From positions 1,364,001 to 1,428,000 of the forward strand of contig OZ218956.1 of assembly GCA_965112735.1 (NCBI GenBank): a DNA stretch of 64,000 nt. The letters are read 5' to 3'. The notes below the pieces were generated by a model. That model was not told where the DNA came from. It worked only from the letters and a program-made list of their open reading frames with translations, and searched no databases. The stretch's first letter is position 1. Each line of letters opens with the position of its first letter. Shown in pieces: positions 12,997 to 26,850 of the stretch. Source of the stretch: Phaeosaccion multiseriatum (Eukaryota > Protista > Ochrophyta, other classes). Made by a program: the position numbers and the translations under genes.

Positions 12997-15900
12997 ATGC
13001 CGAGCCACGTGACTGAAAGCGAGGCCAAGGCGGGTGAGGAGCAGGACGGCACCCCAAGATTTGCGCCCCCTCATAAGAAAGGCAAGACCGTCGAAATGGA
13101 CTTTCCGTCACGCATCCCTCCTCCTGTCCTCACGGGACTTTCTTACATGGAGGGCGGTGTGATGGACAAGCTCGGGCATGCCACCGACAGGGCGAAGGTG
13201 AGTGAGGGGTGAGGAGCAAACCCAGACACCCTCTGAGAATCTTGAGCTGAGCCCGTCCTGCCGCTGGTCTCCCTATCCCTCCCCTCGGCGCGCGCCCTCT
13301 CTCTTTCTTTGCATCTCTCTCCCATCGCGAAAACGCCGCTTCGTATTCCGTAGAAGCTCTTTGGAGCCACAGCCGTGGGGACGCCGTTGGACCACTTCAA
13401 GAGCAAGCTCATGAAAGAGCTCAACCCACCGGCCGACAAGGGTGAGTCTTTGGGGGGGGTGAAGCGCACTGCTTTGTCCCAATTTGGGGATATCCCTCCT
13501 CTGCCCTGCCACGCTCCCCGGATCTTGTCCCAACACTCTACAAGAGAGAGATGATATGGAAAGCTTTCGTCGTGTGTGGTCCCCGTGTGCCTTTCTTTCC
13601 TCGCAGGGATGGACATGTTCGACCTCCTGGCCCACGTCGGCGGCTTCCAACAAGACAACGTGCGGAACCAGAGGGACAGTGCCGTGAGCGTCTTGGTCAG
13701 CAGACAGATGAGCTCGAAAGGGTCTCATGACGTGGGTGCGTGCGTGTGTGCCTGGGACGAGTCAATGAAAATGGGGGTAGGAAGGGGGCAGAGATTTGCG
13801 GACGGACAAGGGGGGGATGAGGAGAGGGTGAATTTCCCCTCATATAGGGGCACGAAGACATACATGTCAACCCGAGTTTCGCTTCTGTCGGTGGCTGCAC
13901 TCTCTCCTGATCGTGCCGAATTTTGGAATCCACACAGGCCCCGCCCTTCTCAGATACCGAACCGAGCTGCTGTGGAACTACCGCAGATGGTGCAAGCACG
14001 TCGGGGCCAAACCGGCCGAGTTCCACAGGATATGCAAGGAGGACGACACCACGAGCCGAGGCGGCGACGACCAGAAGCGACACACGGCGCGAGCCGCGCT
14101 GGAAACCGCCCTGTGTCTCCTCCTGTGGGGAGAAGCCGCCAATCTGCGCTTCTGCCCCGAGTTCCTCTGTTTTCTCTTCCATAAGTCCTCCATCGCCGTC
14201 ATCAACAGCGTGCTCCAGAACGACACTACTCTCCGCGTCTTGGGCGGTGGGTTGGACAAGGAAGGCGAGCCACGCCCTGCCCCGCCAACCTACCTGGACG
14301 GTATCATCCGCCCTGCCTACGAACTCATCGAGGCGGAGCTCACTCGCGCTGCCAGCGGGCACGGCGACACCATGGACCATGTGGATATCAAGAACTACGA
14401 CGACGTGAGTGCCGCAGCAGCAGGAGGAGGGGAGCAGTAGGAGCAGAACAGACGCTTGCCTACCTACCTACCTACCTGTCTGCCCATATGCCTGCCTATA
14501 TACCTGCCTTCCTGCCTGCCTGCCTGTCTGCCTGCCTGCCTGTCTGTCTGCGTACTTGCCTGTCTGTCTGCCTGCGGCTTGGTACTCTTGACCTCCTACT
14601 TGTCATTCCATCTCCTCCTCCCTCCCTTTCCCGTCCCATCTCACCGTCACTATCCTTTTTTGTATTCTTCCCTTCTTCTTTGTTATGCCTACCCCACCGC
14701 ACCTCCCAAACAAAACAAAACAAAAACAAACACCATCATCCACTCATCCGCTCCATTGTGGCGTCGTGTGTGTCAGTTCAACGAGATCTTTTGGCGCAAG
14801 GAATGCCTGCTGCTCAGCATCAAGACCATGTTCACGTTCGACCGTAAGGGCATGTCCGAGCGTAAGGGGCCCAAACACCGCCACCAAGTGTCCAAAATGT
14901 TCGAAAAGACGTTCACTGAGCGGCAGAGTTGGGCCCTCTGCATCTTCAACTTCTGGAGGATACATACCATGCTCATTGTATCGCTCCACTGGCTCATTGT
15001 CTTCAATGTGTGCTACCGCAAGGACTACTGCAACGTCAAGTGGGTGCTGTCCCCTGTCACCACTCTGTATCTGTGCTCGCTCATCAAGGATGCGTACGAC
15101 TTGATCTTCGCCGTGCATACGGCGTCGAGGGGTGGGGGCAGCTACCTGCACATGGCCCTGGTGGGGCTCCGGGCCGGGGTCAAGGGTGGCGTGCTCTACT
15201 TCCTCGTTCAGGGGTTGCTGGTGAGTGAAAGTGTGGGGCGGGTGGGCGGTAGGTAGAGGCATATGGGCAGGGTATGGCATGGGAAAGAGCACCTGCGTTC
15301 TGCCTTGTGCTTGCTGGTCTTTTGCTTACCCGCTTTCTGCTCCTGCTCCCGCTGCTGCTGCTTGGGTTGCGGCTTTGGAGGCCCACACACGTACACCCCC
15401 CCCCCCGTTGTTGTTCTTTCGTTACTCATTCTTCTTCTTCTTCTTCTTCTTCTTCTTCTTCTTCTTCTTCTTCTTCTTCTTCTTCCCTCTCCACCCAGGA
15501 TGCACGCGACGACCTCATCTCCTTCGTAAGCCTCGTGGCCCTCGCCTGGAGCATCGGCTCCGAAGTGCTCATCTGGCTCGGCCTCTCCCTCTACCTTCCT
15601 CCCTACCTCACCTTCCTCCTCGGCGTCGACGTCGTAAATCTCTACACCCGGGTCCATCGCCTCACTCCACTGTGGTCGCGCTTCCGCTACACTCTCTTTT
15701 GGGCCATGGTCATGGGTACCAAGCTCGCCTTCTCCTTCTTTGTGGTGCTCTCCGGCCTGATTGACAGCACGTTTCGCATCTACAAGAACGACGTCGGCAG
15801 TGAGTACGACTTCTCGGCCTATCGCGTCCCAGGTGAGACACCGCTTCTGTTGCGCACGCACACACGCACGCACGCACACACGCACACACGCACGCATGCG

Positions 15901-17795
15901 CGCACCCCTCCTGAACCCCAATCCCGCCGGGTGGGCCCCTTCCCTTCAAGAGACGGAAACTCTGAAGCAAAGAAAAAGCCTTGATCTCTGCCTCGCGCCG
16001 CCGCCTGACGCCTGTCATGGCCATGACCACCTGCCTGTGTGGGTGTGCTTGTGTGTGTGTGTGTACGTACGTATGTGTGTGTGTGTGTGCATGTGTGTGC
16101 GTGTGTGTACCCCTCCCATCGCCCCTTACCTCTCTGACGCCTCGTGCTTCCTTCATCCCTCATTTCACCCCCACCCCTCCCCCGCAATCCAATCCCCAAC
16201 AACCAACCAACCAACCAACCAACCAACCAACCAACCAACCAACCCACCCACCCACCCAACCAACACCCCCAAACCAGACAAGCACAACCTCACAATCATC
16301 GCCGCTCTCTGGCTCGGAGGCGTAACCGTCTACTTTGTCGACACCCTCGTTTGGTTCGTGGTGTGGTCCAATGTCCTGGCGGCCTTCGAGGGACTGCGCC
16401 GTCGGGTAGGAGAGGTGAATGATTCTGCCTCCATCATTGGCGTCTTTCTCACTCTTCCGAAGCGCTTCTGGCCACATACAAACGAGCCTCGACTCCGGGC
16501 GTCGCTTCGAAACATTGTCAGGGGCAGCGGCAAGGGTAGGGGCAGCAGCATGAGGGCTCCAAGGGGGAGGGAGGAGGTGCGGGAGGAGAGGCCGGATCGG
16601 CGGGTTGTGGATAGGGAGTTTGCACATGTGTGGAACGAGGTCGCCACGAGCTGGAGGGGGGAGGACATCATCTGCGATGAGGGTGCGTGGTGAGGGAGGA
16701 GGAGAAGGAGGAGGAGGAGGAGGAGGAGAGTGAGAGAGTCCGCAAGGGAGAGAAGTGTACAATGCTTCACGCTTCTCGCGGGCGATTGCACCACCTCTTA
16801 CCTCCCTCTCCACTCTCTCCATGTGTGTCTCTCCCCCTCCACATCTCTCTCGTTGACTGATGCCCCCATGCTGTGCCCCCACCCCCCCTCCCTCCCCCCT
16901 CCGTGTGCAGATCTGCTCAAGTTGCGGTACTTCGCCATTTCCACTCGTCGCTGGAAGCCCGTGGAGCAGGAAGGGAAGAAGACACCCATCATGAAGGAGT
17001 CGGTCTCGTACACGAAGGTAGATTAATGCGAAACTCAAACTACTACCTTTAGTAGGATTACCCCCGATGAAACCCGTTAGAACCGACGAGAAGAAGAAGA
17101 ACGGAGGGAAGGAACACAGAGGGGTCATGCGCACGTCCTGAGAGGGTCGCGTCACTTCCCCTTTTGCCCCGTACCACTTGCCCATCTCTTTCCTCATTCC
17201 ATTCGATTCGATTCGTTATGTTGTGTTATGATTTTAATGGTTTGAAGACGCATGCCCCTCCCCCCTCCCGCAAGGTAGTGGGTGAACAACCAACGTGTGT
17301 ACCATTGCATGCACTTGGTACTCACTGTGCTCTTGTTCTGTGGCGTTTTCATCGCTTTTGCTTTTGTAAGTCTTTTTCATTCCTATGCTTTTCGCTTTAC
17401 GTTCCCTGCCCTCCCCTGTCCCGGTTGGTTTGTATGCACACACGCAACAACACACGCACACACACGCACGCACACACACACACACAATTACGTAACTTGA
17501 AACAGGTGCTTACCCCCGAGTTCCTGTTCTCCGGCGCCCTCCAGCGCTTCGAAAAGGCGGCTGCAGACTTCTCCAAATCAAGCCCCCTCGTGGTGCAGGC
17601 CATCGCTTACTTCACCAGGCTAGAGCGCCACGCAGGCCACATCGACAAGATACTGGCAAGGGCCGCGGCGGCGCAGGAGGCAGGCCAAGACCCCGGCAAG
17701 GATGTGCTCAAGGCCGAGAAAAACACCGCGGACATGAGGAAGAGAGCGCGCAAGGCCAAGGAAGACGTGGCAGGTGCGTGCGTGCGTGTGTGTGC

Positions 17796-17858
<63 letters not shown>

Positions 17859-18940
17859 TGCGTGTGTGTGTGTGTGTGTGCCCGTGTGTGTATACGTGCG
17901 CGTGTTCGTGGGGTGCGTGTGTGCGTCCGTGGAGTGAGAGTGTGGGTGCGGGGTGGGGGGGTTGGTCGAATTAGAAGTATCTTGGAGGGCAGTGACTGCC
18001 CCTCTCCGTCCCCCCCTCCCTCTCCACCCCGCCCCGCTCCTCGCAACCAACAAGCCCCTTGACTGCCGACAACAAGATCCGAGTTGCTGATTGAGCTGCT
18101 GGATCGGATCAGGCTGTGTTTTGGTCTTGTTGCGTCCCTATCCAATAACGCAAACCCCGCAGGAGAAAAAGCAACTGACTTACTTCCTACCTTACGTACT
18201 TGTAACTTCCGCCAACCCACACCCACTTACGAATGAAAGCCAACCTTCCCCCCCACGGAACCCTGACTCCCTTCCACAGTGGAGCAGTACAAGTTCCTGC
18301 GGGATGAGGGAGCGACCAACCGGATGACCAACTTGGCACTGGAGCAGCTCGCCACCACGCTCGCAGTCATGCTCGACTCGCTGTGCAGGTGAGAGGCGTA
18401 TGGGTAGAGAAGGGCATAGCAGGGTAGACAAATCACTGACCATCCCCTGCCATCCTCCCATATCTTCCCTTGCCATCCCCTGCCATCCCCTGTTATCCCC
18501 TGCTGACCACCCCCTGCCATCCTCCTCCCCTTTATCAAATATCGTCCCTTGTCGTGTGTATGCTGTACGCATATGGCACGGGTCGGATGCCTGCTGACCG
18601 CTGCCCTGTCTTGCTGCTGCTCTGTGTTGTGCTCGCAGAGACGTGCGCTTGTCCGACGCTCTGTGGGGAGTGCAGAGGGGGCTCAGGGAGGGCAACGAGA
18701 GTCGCAGCCTCACACTCCGGGCCATCGCCACTGCCGTCAAGAAAAACCTCCTCATTAAAGTGTGGGAGATGCCCAAGGTGGTGCAGGTGGGTGGGTAGTA
18801 AGTCAATGGGTGGGTGTGTAGTAAGTCTATGGGTAGGGGGAGAAATTTAGTGCGTGAGTGGGTAGGTTGGGTGGTTAGGTAGGTAGGCCGGTCGGTGGGG
18901 TGCGTGCGTGGGTGGTTTGTTTAGGTGTATGGGTGTGCGC

Positions 18941-18971
<31 letters not shown>

Positions 18972-20616
18972 TGTGCATGTATGCTTGCGTGTGAGCGAGA
19001 GAGAGAGGGAAGCATGAGGGGGAGGAAGACAGAAGAGGAGGGGAAGGAGAGAGAGGGACGGATGGAGAGAGAGAAAGGAGGAGAAGAGGAGAGAAGAGGA
19101 GGGGAGAGAGAGGGACGGATGGAGGGAGGGAGAGGGAGGAGGATAGGAAGGGCGGAGGGAGAAAGCTGGAGAGGTAGAGAGGGGGAGTACAAGAAGGGCG
19201 CGGGGTGGGGGAGAGAGAGGAGGAGGGGATTTGATCATACCCCCCTGCCCGCCCCGCAACCCGCGACGTCCCGTCTACTGCCATCCCCCCCCCCCCTTCT
19301 CTTTCTCAGGCTCTGACGGACTTGACCAAGGCTCTGAACAAGCTCGATTGGGGCGTGTGTGCGTCGCTGCTGGACAGGCTGTTGGAGAGCCTTACGACTG
19401 TCATAGACGGGCATATCGATCCCGAGGACTGCCGTAGGTAAGTCAAGCAACATTCTCTCTCACTCACTCTCTCTCTCTCTTGGTCTGTGTGTGAGAGTGG
19501 GCACCTCTCTCTTTCTCCCCTCTCGTTCCTGCCCCCCCCCCACAGCTTGGGACCCGTTTAGGGCCCCGGGCTGTGCTTGTGTACGTGAAGCTCAAATCTC
19601 TCTCGAAAGACTCTTTGCGCTCTCTGTCACAAGTTCAGCACCCGTACAGGCCGAGCTCCACTGACCGCTAATGAACCATAACCAAACCCTCCCCCCCCCC
19701 CTTCCTCCTCCTTTCCTAAAGAACCAAACCCTTATCCTAACTCTTAACCTCCCCCTTCCTCCTCCTTTCCCCCTTTCTTCTTTCGCTTTGCTGTGGACGC
19801 GGGCCTTCTGTCTCGTATTTCTCCGTGTACTGCCCCTTTCGCTACGGCAAATATTATTTATTACGCCATGCCTTGTGACCTCCTTCTCTTGAAACTGAAA
19901 CCGACAACTGAAACCGACAACTGAAACTGATACTGAAACAGTCGAGAGGGCAAGGTGCTGGGCACCGCTCTGCGACACCTGTTCCGCACCATCACTGACA
20001 TCCGCCGCAGCCCTCCTTGGGGAAAGGAGGGCGTGTTTGACACATTTCAGGCGTTTCAGAAGGACAATGCCGTGTTTTTGGAGCGCACCCAGGTGTTCCT
20101 GCAGGTACGAGTATGTCAGTGATTGGTCGGTTGGGCCAGATTGGTATGTGTATACCCTACTCCACCTAACGCATATGCTCTCTCTGCCTCTCTCTGCCTA
20201 ATTTTATTTCACGCTCTGCCTCTCTCTTTGCTCTCTCTTCCCGGCTGCACATAGGCGAGCATCTCCAGCCAACCCGGGCACCTGCAGAACGACGAGGCCC
20301 TCCGCAGAATGCGCTTCTTCGTGAACAGCATGTTCGTGGAACAACCCCAGGGCACGGGCATTGTGGAAGCCATGCCCGCCTTCAGCACCCTCACCCCTTA
20401 CTATAAGGAAGATGTGCTGTCCAGGGTGGAGGACCTCAGGGAGATCACAGAGGATGGCGTCACCGTCATCGAGTGAGTGTATCTCTACGTTAGGGGTGTT
20501 TTGTTTGTCTTTTTTCTTCTCGTTGGCCTGTACGGTAGGGGCGTGAGTGTGAGTGCGTGTGTGTTGATTAAGGGTCTCAGGAAGATCACAGGGGACGGGA
20601 CACGGCCATCGAGTGG

Positions 20617-20654
<38 letters not shown>

Positions 20655-23600
20655 GGGCGTGTGTGCGTGCGTATGTGTGTGCGTGTGTGCGTGTGTAAGC
20701 GTGTGAGTGTGTTGTGTGCGTGTGTGTGTGCATGTGTGTGTGCGAGTCCCTTGAAGAAGGGAGGCCATGTCTTTTGTCGTGGGGTAAGGGTTAGGGACGG
20801 AATCTTTTGAGTTGTCCTGCATCTATTACTGTATCTGACCTTGCCTGTCCTGCATCTATTACTGTATCTGACCTTGCCTGTCCTGCATCTATTACTGTAT
20901 CTGACCTTGCCTGTCCTGCATCTATTACTGTATCTGACCTTGCCTGTCCTGCATCTATTACTGTATCTGACCTTGCCTGTCCTGCATCTATTACTGTATC
21001 TGACCTTGCCTCTCTTCTCTTGCCCACCGCTCAGCTCTACTCTGACCATATGCCTCTACTCTGCCCATACTTTGCTCTGCCGTTCCAAAGGTACCTCCGA
21101 ACCATCTACCAGCACGAGTGGAACGCCTTTGTGGAGCGAATGTGCCGTGAGTACTCCCTCCCCAAGGAGGAGCTGAATGGCAGGGAAGGCGGGGGAGAAG
21201 AGGAGGGAGAGGAGGAGGAGGGCGACACGCTAGGCATCTCCACTCGAGAGGTGATTCTCAGAGTGCTGGAGAAGATCTTGTTCGAGGAGGATGCCTCAAA
21301 AAAGAAGCAGCACAGTGAGTACTATGCCTTTGGCGAGGGTGCTAGCACCACCGGAGGAGGAGGAGGAGGAGGAGGAGGAGGAGGAGAAGTCGGAGACCAA
21401 CACGGCGAGCTTGACCACCTTGATCTCTTCCTGGCCAGTGCTGTAGAGCGGCAGGAGCAGGAGCACCAGGAGGAGGAGGGCTTGCTCCTGCCCCACCACA
21501 GCACCCCGACCGACGATCGTGATGGCGAGAGAAGTCGCTCTCGCTCTCGCTCTCCAGCCACTGCCATTCGTTACAGTTTGGACAAGTCTGGTCCCGTGGA
21601 GTCGGACGTGCGAAGACTGAGCAACACTTTGGCCGAGACGCTGGCCCGCAGCAAGAAGAAGCAGCAGCTCAGACGGCTGGAGGAGAGGCTGGAGGTGGAT
21701 ATTGAGGTGGCAGTTCAGCGTTGGGCCTCCTTTCGAGCACAGACCCTGGCCAGGACCGTTCGTGGGTTTATGATGTTTGGGAGAGCGATCCGTCTGCTGG
21801 CAGCGGTGGAGGTGAGGCACGAGTTTCAGCCGGAGGAGGAGGATGTTGATATTCGCTGTCCGAGCGACCTGGACGCTGCTGGAGGGGACGAGTGGACGCC
21901 ATCGATGGTGCTGAGCAACGCAACGCTCAAGACGGACAAGTGCGAGGAGTACGACAACAGCCTGGGGTTGGCCCTGCACGCCCACAGGTTGGTTGGTCGG
22001 TCGGTTGGTCAGTCAGAGGGGCCTCACACACTCTCGATGACTCACTCACTTACCTCACTCATTCACTCACTCACTCACTCACTCATTCGGTCGCTCACTC
22101 TCGCACGCACCTACTCCCTCACTCACTCATTCACTCACGCACGCACGCACTCACTCAAAGGAGGAGGAGGAGGAGGTGGAGGGATGGATGGGCGGGGTTG
22201 CCAAAGACATGTACCCTTCCCTCCTTCTAGCGTGTGCCTTGTTCCCCTGTCCCCTTGTGGTATCGGCTGCCATCTGCCTTATCACTTTTCTCCTTATGTG
22301 TGTGTTTTTCAGTTTTCAGTTGATGTAACCCTAGCAAGTATCGAACACCATAAATGGGATCGATGTACGTGTTGGCCCTGTGTTGACTATCCGCTGCCAC
22401 CTGCCTGGTCGCGTGTCTCCTTGTGTGTGTTCGCCTTGTGTTTACCTCGTCCTCGTGCGGCTTTGGTGTGTGCGTTGTTTGTGCCTCACCCCCGTGTGGT
22501 GCCCCCTGCGATTGATATGCCTTGTGTGTGGTATCTGCTGCCATCTGCATTTGTACATACCTTTGTTGCTGCAGGTATGTAGTGGCGGCGCAAGTGTACA
22601 AGGCTATGAAGGAGGGAAACGCCGCCGACAAGCAGAAGGCCAAGGCCATCGAGGACCTTGCCAAGGAGTACCCGGGACTGCACATTGCCTACGCGGATGA
22701 ACACGAGAATAAGCACTACTCGGTGAGGCAGGCAGGCAGGCAGACAGGCAGGGAGGGGGGGAGGGAGGGAGAGGGGGGGAGGGGGGGAGGGAGGGAGGCA
22801 GACAGGCAGGCATCGCAGTGAGACAGGCGGGCGGAGTCTCATGTATTGATACTCCCTTTCTTATCCTCCTCCTCCTCCTCCTCCTCCTCCTCCTCCTCCT
22901 CCTCCTCCTCCTCCTCCTCCTCCTCCTCCTCCTCCTCCTCCCCCTCCTCCTCCTACCCCTCCTTCTCCTCCTCCTCCTCCTCCTCTCGCTCCCGCTCCTC
23001 CCCACCCTCCTCCTCCTCCTCCTCCTCCTCCTCTACCTCCCCAGGTCCTGGAGAAGTGGGACCACACCTTGGGCCGTATGGTGGAGGAGTACCGTGTGGA
23101 ACTGCCCGGCAAGATCCTGCTTGGGGAGGGCAAACCCAACAATCAGAACCACGCCCTCATCTTCACCAGAGGGGAGGCGGTGCAGGCCGTGGACATGAAT
23201 CAAGACAAGGGCTTGGAGAATGCCCTTCGGTGCAAGCAGGTCGGGTTGGATGGGGAGTAGGGTGGGTGGGTGAGTTGTGCTTGAATTTGAAGGATACATT
23301 CTTCTTTCTTCGTGTGCTACGTATTATATTATTATTACGTGTCATTTTGAAGTCTTCTTTGTTTGCACATGCCCTTCTCTCTCCTACACCACCCCCTCCT
23401 CAACCACACCCCCACCGCAGCTGCTGGAAGAGTTCCAGTTTGGTGACAACTCGCACCCCAAGCGGAAGCCTCCCAACATTGGCCGCATCGTGGGCTATCG
23501 AGGTAAGGGGGGGCCGCGAGGAGGGCGGTGAGGGGGCGAGGAAGGGGCAGGGTTCGTGGGAAGGTGGGAATTACTTCATTGCCTTCCCTGCTGCTCCCTC

Positions 23601-24104
23601 TCGATACTTGCTGCACCAGCCGCTGCTCTCTCTCTCTCCTTTCTGCCTCTGTTGTCTCTCTCTCTCCCTCTCACACACTCTCTCTCTTCCCCTCTTCCTC
23701 CCTCGTCCTCCCTCCCTCCCTCCCTCCCTCTCTCTCTCTCTTTTGCGCCTCCCGTGGTGGCGTCACACATCAGAACACGTCTTTACGCACAACGTGTCGA
23801 GCCCTGCCTACTTCTTCTCGCTCCAGGTACGGGGCCTTCACCATTGCAATACTATTCCCACGCCATACCCGACCACACCACACCACACCACCACACCACA
23901 CACGTTTGCACACACATTCATTGACATAACACACCACACCACACTCCATGGCAAGATTCTGTCCCTTCTCTGTGTATCGAGTATTACGCTATCTTCCCCA
24001 GAGCCGCCCATAAACAAACCATCTCCCAACACTCGACTCTTCCCTCTGCCGCTTCCGCTGCCACTTGCCCCATAACCGCGCACACACACACAAACACACG
24101 CACG

Positions 24105-24179
<75 letters not shown>

Positions 24180-26648
24180 GCACGCACGCACGCACGCACG
24201 CACACATACACACATACACACACTCACCCCGCAGGAGCTGAACTTTGTAACGGCCACTCAGCGCGTAGTGAGTAACCCCCTCGAGGTGCGCTTCCACTAC
24301 GGCCACCCCGATCTCTTCGACAAGGTGAGTTTCAGTTTCGATTTGTTGTGGTCGGCTGTTGGCCTTGGGCCTGGGCAAGAAAAGTCAACGAATTGATCGG
24401 TCCGTGAACATATGAAAGACCCTTTTGTCCGCATGTTTGTAGAGTCAGAGGGGTCCAATGCCAACCCCGGTACTTTAAAGGAGGGAAGGAAGGAAGGAAG
24501 GAATGGAGGATTGAAGGAAGGAAAGAAAGGAAGAGAGGAAGGAAGGAATGGCGGGAGGGGGGGAGGAAGGGAGGGAGAGAGGAAGATATGTAGGAAGGAA
24601 GAGAGGAAGGGAGGGAGGAAGGGAGTGAGTGGGAAGATTGCCTTTCCTTGCACAGACTCTGGCACCCTTTCTCCCCTTCCTGATTGTACATGTCACACAG
24701 TTTCCCCCCCGGCGTCCTCATCTTTCTCCGCTTGTCTACTTTCCTCCCTGCCCATGCGTCCATATACCTCTATGCCCATATGCGTGTACCCATCCTCCCT
24801 CCTCACAGGTGACGACGATGACGATGGGGGGAATGTCCAAGTCCAGCAAGGGCGTCAACCTCTCGGAGGACATCTTCGCAGGCTTCAATTGGGTGCTGAG
24901 AGGGGGCGTGTCTACCCAAGCTGACTACATTGAGTGCGGCAAGGGGAGGGACACGGGCGTGAGTCAAATCACGGGCTTCACGGCCAAGATCAGCATGGGC
25001 AACGGTATGCAGGCGCGTTCAAGAGAGATTCATCGCCTGGCCTCTCAGTTCGACTTCCCCCGGCTCATGAGCTTCTACTACTCCACGGTGGGCGGCTTCA
25101 TGAACCAAGTCTTTCTCATCCTCAGTATCACCACCTTCATGTATTCGCGTGTGTACCTTTCCTTCGACCCCAACACTGCTGAGCTGGTGGACGAGCTGGG
25201 CAATCTGGATGGAGTGTCTGCCCAATACGCTCTTCAAGTGGGCTTCTTGCTCATCATTCCCATCCCTCTCGTCGTGGCCGTCGAGCGGGGCTTTGTAAAG
25301 GCGGCAAGTACATTTACGAGTATCCTTCTCCGCCTGGCCCCGCTCTTCTTCATCTTCTCCACCGGCACCAATGCCCACTACACCCACACGGCCATTACCA
25401 ACGGACAGGCCATCTACAAGGCCACCGGGCGCGGGTTTGCCATCAGCCACGAGCCCTTCTTGCAATCGTTCCAGGCGTACTTTTTGTCCCACTTCCAGCC
25501 CGCGTTCGAGCTGCTGGTGCTGTTGGTGATTTACGCCGCGTACACGCCGCTGCCAGCCTACAGTCTGGAGACGTACTCTGTGTACCTGGTTGTGATTGGG
25601 TGGATGTTTGTGCCCATCATCTTCAACCCCAAGGGGCTCGACATTACGTACGTGCAGGCGGGGGCGTCGCAGTACTGGAACTGGATGGTTTCCGAGGCGG
25701 CAGATGCACGCAGCTCGTGGAACGCCTGGTTCGACGAAATACTCCGAGACGAGTACCGCATGATGACGCACAAGAAGGTGGCTGCTACCGTACGGAGACT
25801 GCGCTTTGGCCTGCTGTCGTGGGGCTTTTTGAAGGCGTTCAATGACGATGTGAACTCCAAATGGTTCAATCTGGCCTGGGTCAGCGTCATTTCGGTGGGG
25901 GTGGTGGTGGTGATGCTACTCTTTTCGCTGCGTCGGACGGACCGGAAGCGCCGCGAGAGCAACATTGCCTTTGCGTACGAGAGCCGCATGTGCAAGCGTA
26001 TGGGCATCCTCCTCCTTATTCCGGCGGTGGTGCTGGCCGGTGTGCTGCTCGTCCTCACCACAGCCTCGCTGGGGCAGCTGCTCTCTCTCCTCGCGGGCTT
26101 CTTGTCCACCTTCTTTTTGATCACCAATATTCTCACCCTGTGGGTTAAGGACGCCGCCGTGACCATTGGCGCCGTGCGAACCGTCTTCTTCACCCTTCAC
26201 GTGGCCATTGGGGCTGTGATCCAGCTGCCGGTTCTCCTCCTCTCTCTGCTGCCCTTCCTTGCGGGCGTGCAGACGAGGCTGCTCTTCAATGCCGAGTTCG
26301 CGGACCGCTATGAGATCGCCAGGATCGTACAAGGCGAGAGGGAGCGACTCAAGGTTGGTGTTGGTTGATTGGTTGATTGGTTGGTTGCCTTGCTTGCTTC
26401 AAGACAGCACCATTTTCTTTTTGCTTTACTTCCAGTTCTCAGACTTCAGAAGTCCCGTTTCTCTTTTTTTTTCTTCAGTCATCAATCCCCGAGACATGTG
26501 CTGTGCCCCCCCTCGCTGGACGCTGATGCACAGCCCCCCTTCTCCCCCCCTTCTCCCCCCCCCCTCTTCCCTCCCCCCTCTCCCCTGTCCCTCCTCCCCT
26601 CCTCTGTCCCCTCCCGCCTCTGTACAGGTCGAGCTCAAGAAGGAATAG
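12997..26648 (+). CDS. 1,3-beta-glucan synthase (GT48, FKS/callose-synthase family), more than 15 exons
   Basis: Motifs in order: [31 protein letters not shown]|[151 protein letters not shown], then a multi-TM C-terminus. The terminal exon is probably 26628-26648. Confidence 0.96.
20813..21010. repeat. Perfect minisatellite, 6 x 33 bp (TGTCCTGCATCTATTACTGTATCTGACCTTGCC), intronic
   Basis: Six identical adjacent units with no spacers, read directly from the sequence. Confidence 0.95.
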
Positions 26649-26850
26649 ACAGACGCGATGTGATATCTTATTGGCATACTATGTATCCGCCTCTTTACAG
26701 GTCGAACTCAAGGAGGAGTGAAGTACAAGACGTGATGTGTTATTTCATTGGCACACTTTGTAACCGTCTCTTTACACGTCGGGCTCAAGAAGGAGGAGGA
26801 GAGTACAAGACGCGATATGTTATTTTACTGGCACATTTTTGTAACCGTAA
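26615..26850 (+). repeat. Three diverged tandem units of about 73-80 bp, each containing the acceptor and terminal micro-exon of the glucan synthase
   Basis: tgtacag|GTCGAGCTCAAGAAGGAATAG, tttacag|GTCGAACTCAAGGAGGAGTGA and tttacac|GTCGGGCTCAAGAAGGAG. Each is followed by a similar agacgcgat...tggcaca...tgta tail. Confidence 0.85.

Noticed and set aside
19725-19752. Telomere-like CCCTTA/CCTAA and GGGTTAGGG (about 20788) stretches
   Set aside because: Only 2-3 degenerate units inside introns, too short to call interstitial telomeres.
20813-21010. 33-bp repeats as a CRISPR array
   Set aside because: Units are directly adjacent with no spacers, lie in a eukaryotic intron, and no cas genes are present.
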